This document shows positions 55,938 to 64,000 of a DNA stretch of 64,000 bases, piece by piece. The position numbers and the translations under genes are program-made. How positions within the stretch are numbered: position 1 is the stretch's first letter; each line of letters opens with the position of its first letter. Under the pieces are notes generated by a model. The model did no database searches. It was given only the letters and a program-made list of their open reading frames with translations, and had not been told where the DNA came from. Source of the stretch: Trypanosoma brucei (lineage: Eukaryota); the NCBI GenBank assembly GCA_000002445.1, contig CP000067.1:1312001-1376000 (forward strand), given 5' to 3'.

Positions 55938-58517
55938 TTACATGATGCAGCACGGTCCTGAGTATTTTTCTCTAGCAGCCTCATGCTTTTCTTCCTCCAC
56001 AGCCCTCGCATGGTCTCGCCTTTTCTTCTTTGCTGCTGCAATGGTTCGCTCACTCTCCTCGAGCAGCTTTCCAATCGGAGCACGAGATATGCGCAGCCGC
56101 ACTAACCCATCACTAAGTGGTCCACCGCTTAACTGAAACCACCGGTCCTGCGCCGGGGTGGCGGACATAAGACTCGCCGGCTGCGTTGCATTTGGCACGA
56201 ACAGATCAGGTTGCGGGTTCTGTGACCACAACTCGTTAATATCCATAAGGTCAATGTCCACGTAGCCGAAGGCGGCGCGCTCGTATATAACCACACGGAT
56301 ACGATCAAATTCCCGTACGAAGAGTAACGCGGCCGTGGCTGGGTTGCTTTCGTCCCACTGCATGTTCTGCCTGTGCATTAAGTATGGTGTGCGGAAGGTT
56401 GGTTGGTCGTATACGGTTAGTGAGCGCTTCTCCGTAAAGGGTGTCTTTTCGCATACCCACACCTCACCGTGGCACTTGAATACGTGTGGCAGCTCCGGTT
56501 GCAGATGCCGCACCTCAAGAAACTGCACCCTCACGGCGTGGTAGGAAAGCACTCCACTGGAAGCTCGTACCTGATCCCACATAGAAGTCTGTGTGTTTAG
56601 CTGCGGTTGGAAGGTTTGCAGTCGTAGTGGGTTATTAATATTCTGATCCGCACTACTTCGAGTTGCTAAATTGCTGCTAGGCTTGTTCCGACAGTACTTT
56701 GCTATGCAGCGCATATACGGCATCATTTCCACAAACCCTTTTGCATTGCTGATGGGAACGTACTCGTGAATGGGGAGATACTGAAACACGGAAACAACAG
56801 TATCGCTTTCTGGAAGCGGATCAGCACCCGCTGCATTCCCGTCCTCCTCTTCCGTTGCTACTTGAGCGTCGGAGTCACGTGGAGATCCGCTCGAATTTCG
56901 CCGTTCCACTTCCCCCAACTCCCCTTCAGGCTTCTGAGCACAAGCCTCCGGGTAGAGTTCCCTAAGCGGAGCTTCTGCAGTTTTGACCATCATGCCGAGC
57001 ACCAGCGCACGCACGGGAAACATCTTACCGTCGGCTCCCTTGTAGGTGTGTAAGAGGCGTGAGGACAACTCACTAACCTTTGGAAGGTTGTCCGCTGACT
57101 TGGAGCCTTGCAGCTGCGCTTCCTTCAACCTTTTTCTTTCCTCATCTGCCCGCTTTATTTCCTCATGAACATTCCAGCGGTCTACTTCAATGGCGTTCGG
57201 CCATGCTGCCGTGCGATTCTGCAGCCGCATGTAGAACTTAGGCACATCCATAATGCTCCTTGTGCTACGGCCGCCCTCTACGTAACACACACCGAATATA
57301 ATTGTGTGCACCTCCAACGGGAGGCGGTACGTGACTAGGTCAATAAATTCTTCATCGCCCACGGCACTATATCCATTAATCGCATCCCCCGAATGACGTG
57401 CGGTGTGTGGGAATCTCGATTGTAGCTTAACCGGTTTTGGGTTAATGTGGTCTACGTAATTATTCTTTTCGTCTAAAAACACCATGAAGGAATCTAAATC
57501 GTGATCACCACCCCAACCAACCCCGAACCGCACATCCGAGAGCGGCTGCCGCGACGCCCCGTATGAATCCTTTGATAATGAGTAGTCTGGAAGTTGCCAG
57601 ACCGCATTAGTGCGGGAGTTCACCTCCACTCCAAGGACGTCCATCATGGTGGGTAGCGTGTCTACAAAAGTGTAACCAAACGTCCGGATGTTCAGCTCTC
57701 GCAAGTCCCATAACTGACGAGAACCCCCGTCCATTGTTATTGTTCCATTGGCACTTCCAGGTGCTGTGCTACCGCTGAGCCTCGTAGGAACGCGGCAGAG
57801 CATGCACGCCAAGTTTGCCGTGCCATTTCCAGTGGCGTGCTTCAGATCAATTGTCCCCACCTGCTCATTTGTCATTTCATTCACCACAACAAGCTTGACA
57901 GTGGGTAGTACAGAAAAGTCAGCTCCGGTGTAGCTGGTCACAACGAGAAATATGACCGCCGCCTCGGACGGTATCTTGTGCATCACGAACGTTACAGACT
58001 CGTCGCACATCTCGCGAGAATTTTCGCTACGAAACGCTCGTCCATCTTCATCAAATATGTGACCTCCGCCACGCTTGTCATTCAGCACCTCCTCAACCAT
58101 CTCTAGCTCCGATTCGTTGTAGATGCGGGAGAAAATAGATTCAATGACTCCAAACCGCTTCAGCTCGTCGTCTCTTCCGCCCCGCATTTGGAGAGCACGG
58201 CGGCGAGCAGCGAGTGCAAGTCCTGGTAGACGGTTCTCTTCTTCGCCTCCAATACGACTGTCGCCACTGATAAACATATAAGGCAGTTGCTGCGGGTCAA
58301 CGAGGAAGCCGCAGTCTCGTAGCGCCTCCTCATCGGTGCCGACTGGAAAAGGATGATTGAAGAAGACCACATCAAGCAGGACTCCCTCACTGCTAAAAGC
58401 TACAGCACTCAGATCAAGGTCCACGGGGTCCGCGCCGACGAAATCCCAGTGGAGACCAACGGAGACGGCGATATTTCCAGGAATGCGAAATAACTTTTGC
58501 CGCAACTGGGCTGACAT
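55938..58517 (-). CDS. Protein with two TerD-like (tellurium-resistance-type) domains and a C-terminal CaaX motif (CCIM).
   Basis: Domain 1: GLHWDFVGADPVDLDLSAVAFS...VVFFNH...ISGDSRIGGEEE. Domain 2: GVGWGGDHDLDSFMVFLDE...ARHSGDAINGYSAVGDEEFIDL. Both match the TerD consensus GxGWD..DxDLDAS.F......FFNN......HSGDN.TG.GDDE.I.IDL. The ORF ends ...KYSGPCCIM. Confidence 0.65.
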   Translation of the reverse strand: MSAQLRQKLFRIPGNIAVSVGLHWDFVGADPVDLDLSAVAFSSEGVLLDVVFFNHPFPVGTDEEALRDCGFLVDPQQLPYMFISGDSRIGGEEENRLPGLALAARRRALQMRGGRDDELKRFGVIESIFSRIYNESELEMVEEVLNDKRGGGHIFDEDGRAFRSENSREMCDESVTFVMHKIPSEAAVIFLVVTSYTGADFSVLPTVKLVVVNEMTNEQVGTIDLKHATGNGTANLACMLCRVPTRLSGSTAPGSANGTITMDGGSRQLWDLRELNIRTFGYTFVDTLPTMMDVLGVEVNSRTNAVWQLPDYSLSKDSYGASRQPLSDVRFGVGWGGDHDLDSFMVFLDEKNNYVDHINPKPVKLQSRFPHTARHSGDAINGYSAVGDEEFIDLVTYRLPLEVHTIIFGVCYVEGGRSTRSIMDVPKFYMRLQNRTAAWPNAIEVDRWNVHEEIKRADEERKRLKEAQLQGSKSADNLPKVSELSSRLLHTYKGADGKMFPVRALVLGMMVKTAEAPLRELYPEACAQKPEGELGEVERRNSSGSPRDSDAQVATEEEDGNAAGADPLPESDTVVSVFQYLPIHEYVPISNAKGFVEMMPYMRCIAKYCRNKPSSNLATRSSADQNINNPLRLQTFQPQLNTQTSMWDQVRASSGVLSYHAVRVQFLEVRHLQPELPHVFKCHGEVWVCEKTPFTEKRSLTVYDQPTFRTPYLMHRQNMQWDESNPATAALLFVREFDRIRVVIYERAAFGYVDIDLMDINELWSQNPQPDLFVPNATQPASLMSATPAQDRWFQLSGGPLSDGLVRLRISRAPIGKLLEESERTIAAAKKKRRDHARAVEEEKHEAAREKYSGPCCIM

Positions 58518-58943
58518 CTTCTCCTCTCCTTCCGGCTTGCACTATATAAGGTAGTAAATTCTCTATATATATACGACCGACTGCACCTGTAAGCGTGTAT
58601 TTGTTTTGCAGCTTCTACTTATCACTTCGCCTCCTGTCTTACCTGCACCAAGCACACACTGCGTAAGTACAAGGCGGGGACTATGTAGGAATATATAAAC
58701 CACTGCCACCTCTTCCTATACGAACGGATGTTGTGTGCGCGTGCGAAGGCGCTGCCCTTTACTAACCTTTTTCCTTCTTCCTGGTATATGATTCTTCACC
58801 TAGAGTTTTCTCCCTCCAGCTGCCACTGACGGCAGAGGTGTTTCCTAACAGATGCAAAAGTACTAAATATAAGCAAGGCAAAAGAATCACAGTGGTGGCG
58901 AGAGAAGTGGACGTGGTTAGCAGGTACGACACCCAATAGGCAA

Positions 58944-58967
58944 ATATATATATATATATATATATAT
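58944..58967. repeat. (AT)n microsatellite.
   Basis: atatatatatatatatatatatat. Confidence 0.9.
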
Positions 58968-60028
58968 GGGTATGCAGCGGGGACTGCTTTGATAGCTCGA
59001 AGTGCCGGTAAGTATGAATCAGACAAGTGAAAACAGGAAAGCAAGAAAGGATTCGGTTTATGAAAAGCATGTAAAAATAAAATAAAAGAACAAAAATACC
59101 CCAAAGCATGTCAAACAAAGAAAAAGGTAACATTTGTATGCGATTGTGGGAAAAATGAAGAAATCCCACAGCAGAACCTCCTCTTGCTTCCTAACTCCCC
59201 TTCTTTCCTTCCTCCATCCACTTCGCTCACTTTCCTTCTACGGTTCAATCTTGACATCCGTTGCTATCATAAATCCTTCCTCCTCACCATTGCCACTCTT
59301 CCACTCCTCTTGTATCTTCTTTTCCCTTACAGTAGTCCTGCCGGTGGAGACAGTGAGGTAAATGTCTCCATGCATGAAAGCCATCCGGTTTTCATTTCCC
59401 CATTCCCTGCAGCCCACAAACTCAAGCGTTGTCATTTTTAGGTGCAGGGCCGCTTGCCACCAGACCCCGGGTAGAAAAAAACAACAACAAAGAACCAGAC
59501 GGTATATGGAGGGACAACGGAACCGAGAGAAGGACCACAGCAGCAGCAGTAGGCAAAACTGCGCATTCCCTCCATCCTTTGATAAATCAAAGTCCAGGGA
59601 GGTTGTCGCGCCTCTGAATTGCATGACCCACTTGGCGCTTTGGAAACCCATTGGACTGCCCCTTCCTTCTTTTTTTTTTTTTAGAATTCTTCGTCACCCT
59701 TCTCCTCAAATGCGCTTCCTGTACTTCTCTCCCTTCTACATACCACGTCCTTATGAGCACACCTCTTTTCCCTCCTTTCGGAAACCCTGGTAGCTTTTTT
59801 CCCTCCCTGTGGAAATTCTCTTTCCCCATTTGATACCTTTCATTCCCCCTTTCTCTGTTTTACTGAAGTCTTATGGGTTTAAATGTCACAAGGCAATATA
59901 TCAAGCAACCACACAAAACACGGAGAGACATCGCCCTTCACAAACTCCTCTGAACAAGCCGTGACCACATAAACGGTTGAAAGAACTATACTTTCACTTA
60001 CATGTTAATGAAGGACGTGTGTTGAGCT

Positions 60029-61216
60029 CTACAAGTCTGACTTATCCTCCTTCTTCTTTTTGTCCTCTTCCCCGTCGGTTTCCTTCTTGTCTTCCTCCTT
60101 TTCGTCTTGTTCTTCCTTCTTCTCGAAGGCTGCGAGGGCATCCTCTTCTGCTTTCTTCATGCCATCATAAGTGCTCTTCACAATGTCCAGCACCTCCTTC
60201 ACATCATCGCCGATGATAATGTCCTTGAAGATACTGCCGGATTCCACTTGCCACACGTCAATGCCAACATGTGTGAGAGGCTCAGGAATTTTGTAAAGTT
60301 CCTCATCATTCTTATACGCTGGATTGGGGATCCTGCGTGGCGCCCATGGACCCTTGTAAGCCGGGTTCGGGATCTTACGGGGTGCCCACGGGCCCTTCGA
60401 CTTTGGGTTTGATATCATAGGGGCCTCCCATGCACCGTCCTCAGCATCGTTCCAGTCTTCTGGTTTCTTCGCCTCGGGGTCGACAATTTTTTCCGGTTCG
60501 CTGTCCCAGTCCTCCGGCTTTTTGTCTTCTGGGTCGTCGATGGTTGGCACGTCCACCCAGTCGGCGGGTTTCTTGTCTTCGGGGTCATCAATTTCTTTTT
60601 CGGGGAGGAAATCCCAATCAGCCTCCAGGGTTCCCTTTTCTTTCGAAACGCCGTCAAGGAAGAACTCGTACGAATTACTGGGGGTGATGTGCAGCGTGTA
60701 GACATGGGTTAGTCTGTCATCAGGGTAGCTTGGGCGCTTCTTCCACTCTCTGTTTGCGCCGTTGTAGCTGATGATGATGTGAATCTTCTTGTCGTATCCG
60801 CAGCGGTCAGGTCCGAACATGAGCCAATACTTCGTTTCCCCCTTGAGCTCAGCTGGATCCATCTGTGGAAGGAGCTTAATGTACCCGCCGCCGCACCGGA
60901 GGTCCTGCTCATGTTTCACAGAGAAAGAAACAACGAAGTCTTTCTTCTCGTTTGTGATGGGAGTGGGGAGTGGTGTGGAGAGAGCATAGAAGCGAGCATC
61001 TTCCGTAAGTCGAAGGCCCTTGCTCTTCTCCGCATCCGCGTAGAACTTGCCGGCAGACAGCTCCACTTTGCCGTAATCACTGCGTGCCTTTGAGGCTGTC
61101 CAGTGGTCAATGCTGCTGAACTTCTCATGGAAATGGATGGCGCCGTGAACAGTTGCCACCGTTGCAAGAGCCACGAAGACACAGGCGACCGCTACTGGGC
61201 GCATGCACATTAGCAT
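60029..61216 (-). CDS. CRT: Calreticulin.
   Basis: Signal peptide, then the calreticulin N-domain (KFYADAEKSKGL, CGGGYIKLL, YWLMFGPDRCG). P-domain repeats (IDDPEDKKPEDWD; KPEDW; GPWAPRKIPNPAYKG x2). Acidic K/E/D tail. Confidence 0.9.
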   Translation of the reverse strand: MLMCMRPVAVACVFVALATVATVHGAIHFHEKFSSIDHWTASKARSDYGKVELSAGKFYADAEKSKGLRLTEDARFYALSTPLPTPITNEKKDFVVSFSVKHEQDLRCGGGYIKLLPQMDPAELKGETKYWLMFGPDRCGYDKKIHIIISYNGANREWKKRPSYPDDRLTHVYTLHITPSNSYEFFLDGVSKEKGTLEADWDFLPEKEIDDPEDKKPADWVDVPTIDDPEDKKPEDWDSEPEKIVDPEAKKPEDWNDAEDGAWEAPMISNPKSKGPWAPRKIPNPAYKGPWAPRRIPNPAYKNDEELYKIPEPLTHVGIDVWQVESGSIFKDIIIGDDVKEVLDIVKSTYDGMKKAEEDALAAFEKKEEQDEKEEDKKETDGEEDKKKKEDKSDL

Positions 61217-61828
61217 TATTATCAGATGCCTTTGTTTTGACTTATATTGAATTTATTCAAGTCTTATATTAAAATCTTTTTTAAATCGCTGGTTACTCCT
61301 TGAAATGTTTTGCGTCAAAAAGAGTCTTATTTTAGATAAAATATGGTGAGAAATAGTGATATTTGCTGCGCATGCCCTTACAACGTCGACGATTAGTCAT
61401 CTGAAGTGACTGCATCCATGTTGAACACAGTAAAGAAGAGATTGTTGACACGAATGGCAGAATGACCGTATCGACATGTGCCCTCCTTCTCCACATCCAA
61501 AACGGCTAAACTTTAGGTTGTGCAGGGAAACTGCCATTCTCTTTCACCGTTTTTATTTTTTGAGTTCCACCCTTGCCCGCCCCATTGGGTGTATAGCTCT
61601 CAACAAGCAAACATACACAACATCTCGAAAGCTTCCCGACCACAAATAATCCTCTCCTTTCCTCTGTAGGGTCTCCAAGAAAACGCTGATATCCTCTGCA
61701 CCTTCGTTCCCACCTTTTCTGCTTCCACTCAACTGCACGCTGGCACTTAGCAGTTTAGCGCTGCTTACAGAATACACACCAAACAGGTTGACAAGGTTTG
61801 ACCTTCCCACCTCACTAATTTCCTTTCG

Positions 61829-64000
61829 TTACTGTTCTTCCTCTTCCTCGTCCCCAAACTCTGCGGCTGTCGGCGGTGCCACCTGCTGGGGTGTCTTTGC
61901 AGTGGGCATATAATTCGTGGAGAGGTCATCTTCCTCATCCTGTTCCCTTCCCCCGCCAGCCTCCCGCCACATGACATTTGAGTCACTACGATGTGTGGAT
62001 GGCTCATCACCTCGTATAGCGTAACCCGCGTGGGTGGGTGAGAGTGTCGGAACGTAGAGAGCTGACTGGGACCGCGAGTCCTCGCTGTGCGACCGGCCGA
62101 CTTCTGTGCTGGCGTATACCTGCGACGGTGGGGCAGCACTGGACATGGCATGGGGCGTGTACGGTACTGAAACACTACCGATACCTTGCATGGTCATAGA
62201 GTTGTCGGTTCTTGGTAGTGAAGCTTGCATGGAAGTTGGCGCCACGCTGTGTTGCAGGTGGTAAGAAGAGGCTTCACTGTATTCGGAATAACTGTGTGCC
62301 ACTGACGACATCCGCGTTGAAACTGGGTTGAACGCGCTGGCGGAAGACATAACGCTGTACATTTGTGAGGCGCTTGCTTCCCGCCCTCCGTATTCCAAAG
62401 CGGGGGATGTAGAATAAGCTTGACTCCTGTGCACTGCGCTCGCTTCGAGCCGACCGCCGTGGTACGTCGTCGAAGGGTTGTATGGGGCCGAGGCCGTTAC
62501 TGGTGCGGAGGAGGACCCCCCACCGAAACCCTGGCGGAGAAACAGACTGGCATTGTTTACAAACGGTGTTGCATCATGATCTCTTGGTCGGTACGCAATG
62601 GAGGATTGGATATTTTGCTGCAGCGTGGACCCGAGACTGTGATACACATTTACATCCTTTCCGGGTGCAACCGCTTCTGCCTGCGGTACAGCCTGCTGCA
62701 GCGCTGCCATGTTGAGAACAAGATCGAAAAGCCCCGTACCAACGCGCGCTTGGTTACCGAGCACAAGATTTGCTGATACCCCACGCACGGGATCGCACTC
62801 GCCAAAAGATGCAGCCGCCATAAGCACCTTAACAGTTTCTTCAAATGAACAGCGCATCAACGGACCCGACGTATCGGAGCGGTTGATTCCTGAGCGAGAA
62901 ACAGCCATCAGGTACCCATGCTGACATATCGTATCCACCAGTATAGTATAGTGGCGGTAGTTAATATTGAGACCATAGGCCAGGTAAGCCTCACGAAGTT
63001 CCGTCAACATCTTTGATCTCGCCGCCTCAATACCAAGAAGACTACATACCTCAGGCACTTTGTTGCTACTCGTTTTCACCGCATTAATAATGTTCTTACC
63101 ATCCTCACCTACGACACCAATAAAAGCACGTCGCAATGCCGTGCCGTCCGTGTCTATTGCCCATATTTTGTTGCCACTCATTTTCCCCGTTGCCTGATCT
63201 ACAGTGAATTCGGTGGTGTCCTTCAGCAGCGCCCGACGCACACCGGGAATACCACGCAAGTGAACCCGCGCAAGAAGGGCTGGGATTTCACGCTTAAGCT
63301 TTGGGATCGAGTCAGCTCCTTCGTTATATCTGGACCGCATTCTTATGGTCCGCTGGCGCACATTGTTAGCCATTCCCGTTTCAATTATGTAGCTTTCATC
63401 CACTCGCAGGATAGCTTGCTTCACATCCTTCATATCGAGGGCCTTGTCGGTGACCATATCCACGTCGAGCTCCAACCTCACCACCCATGGCGAACCTGCT
63501 ACTACCTCCTGTATTCTTAGCTCTGCATCGCTTTCATCCATAACATTCCACTCTAGTTCTAGGATGTCACGATCAGCCTCCACAACGGTGTGACGTGGGT
63601 CAGGGTCGTAGATGAACTGTATGCGCCTTGTGATACTCTCCAGCGTGCAGTATTCAATGAGATGCTGGGCCTTTTGCGCATTTCGCTTTTCATCATATGG
63701 TGGAAACAGAGACACTGTCATGCTCGCGTGCTTTTGGTTTCGTGAGACGTTTAGAAGCTCCAGTAAACGTGGCACACCGAGGGTAACGTTCTTTGAGGAA
63801 ATTCCCGCATTGTGGAACGTGTTAAGTGTCATTTGTGTGGCAGGTTCACCACACGACTGCGCAGCGATTGCCCCAATGTTCTCACCCGGTGTGGTGAGTG
63901 ACTGGTGGTACTTGGTTCTAATTTCCTTGAGAAGATACTCAAAAGCCCTATCGTTAAGTTTATATTCCTTCAGCACCCTTTTTGACGCAAGTAGCTGCCT
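61829..64000 (-). CDS. RPB1: RNA polymerase II largest subunit (RPB1), C-terminal part including the non-canonical CTD. Partial: the N-terminal portion lies beyond the window end.
   Basis: Conserved RPB1 regions (GENIGAIAAQSCGEPATQMTLNTFH, cleft/jaw segments), then a Ser/Tyr-rich tail with no YSPTSPS heptads and an acidic end (EEEEEQ). The reading frame stays open through 64000. The ORF-track 'M' at 63976 is a GTG. Confidence 0.9.
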   Translation of the reverse strand, partial: RQLLASKRVLKEYKLNDRAFEYLLKEIRTKYHQSLTTPGENIGAIAAQSCGEPATQMTLNTFHNAGISSKNVTLGVPRLLELLNVSRNQKHASMTVSLFPPYDEKRNAQKAQHLIEYCTLESITRRIQFIYDPDPRHTVVEADRDILELEWNVMDESDAELRIQEVVAGSPWVVRLELDVDMVTDKALDMKDVKQAILRVDESYIIETGMANNVRQRTIRMRSRYNEGADSIPKLKREIPALLARVHLRGIPGVRRALLKDTTEFTVDQATGKMSGNKIWAIDTDGTALRRAFIGVVGEDGKNIINAVKTSSNKVPEVCSLLGIEAARSKMLTELREAYLAYGLNINYRHYTILVDTICQHGYLMAVSRSGINRSDTSGPLMRCSFEETVKVLMAAASFGECDPVRGVSANLVLGNQARVGTGLFDLVLNMAALQQAVPQAEAVAPGKDVNVYHSLGSTLQQNIQSSIAYRPRDHDATPFVNNASLFLRQGFGGGSSSAPVTASAPYNPSTTYHGGRLEASAVHRSQAYSTSPALEYGGREASASQMYSVMSSASAFNPVSTRMSSVAHSYSEYSEASSYHLQHSVAPTSMQASLPRTDNSMTMQGIGSVSVPYTPHAMSSAAPPSQVYASTEVGRSHSEDSRSQSALYVPTLSPTHAGYAIRGDEPSTHRSDSNVMWREAGGGREQDEEDDLSTNYMPTAKTPQQVAPPTAAEFGDEEEEEQ

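Noticed and set aside
1-64000. Prokaryotic-style systems (CRISPR arrays, restriction-modification or defence islands, operons with RBS, integrons, IS elements).
   Set aside because: The sequence has eukaryotic kinetoplastid hallmarks: a unidirectional polycistronic array, no Shine-Dalgarno logic, microsatellites, and genes such as calreticulin, RPB1 and a RING-CH protein. There are no direct repeats with spacers and no transposase ORFs.

Overview
This window looks like a kinetoplastid (African trypanosome, Trypanosoma brucei-like) nuclear chromosome segment. It is not prokaryotic. Every credible protein-coding ORF (about 24) lies on the minus strand, so the window sits inside one polycistronic transcription unit read from high to low coordinates. 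I found no strand-switch region, CRISPR array, tRNA or rRNA gene, or transposon. Intergenic stretches are low-complexity, with (CA/GT)n, (TA)n and poly-purine or poly-pyrimidine runs of the kind used as trans-splicing and polyadenylation signals.

Recognisable genes, from high to low coordinate:
- The C-terminal roughly 715 aa of the RNA polymerase II largest subunit (RPB1), with a non-heptad, Ser-rich CTD, truncated at the window edge.
- Calreticulin.
- An 859-aa protein with two TerD-like domains and a C-terminal CaaX box (CCIM).
- A small twin-Cx9C (CHCH) protein.
- A mitochondrial adrenodoxin-type [2Fe-2S] ferredoxin.
- An alpha-kinase family protein.
- A CDF/ZnT-type zinc transporter with a His-rich loop.
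- A WD40-like protein.
- A Q/N-rich low-complexity protein.
- A 1445-aa helical-repeat protein of unknown function.
- A Cys-rich single-pass membrane protein.
- An enoyl-CoA hydratase/isomerase with a mitochondrial presequence and a His/Gln-rich repeat insert.
- A Ser/Gln-rich disordered protein.
- A 585-aa protein with CorA-like C-terminal topology but no GMN motif.
- A RING-CH (MARCH-like) polytopic membrane protein.
- An approximately 11.5-kb tandem array of three approximately 3.99-kb units, each carrying two paralogous AAAP-family amino-acid transporter genes (type A, 492 aa; type B, 462 aa).
- A small TM protein.
- Two paralogous single-pass membrane-protein genes that share a duplicated roughly 270-bp 5' flank.

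The most notable observations are:
- The third type-A transporter copy is an A/B mosaic, which points to gene conversion.
- The distal type-B copy has diverged.
- A TerD-domain protein with a prenylation motif is present in a trypanosome.
- The CorA-like protein lacks GMN.
- Several ORF N-termini are over-extended into UTR sequence; I propose corrected start codons.

Organism and locus assignments are from memory of T. brucei chromosome 4 (calreticulin next to an RPB1 copy, with an amino-acid transporter array nearby). They should be confirmed by BLAST.
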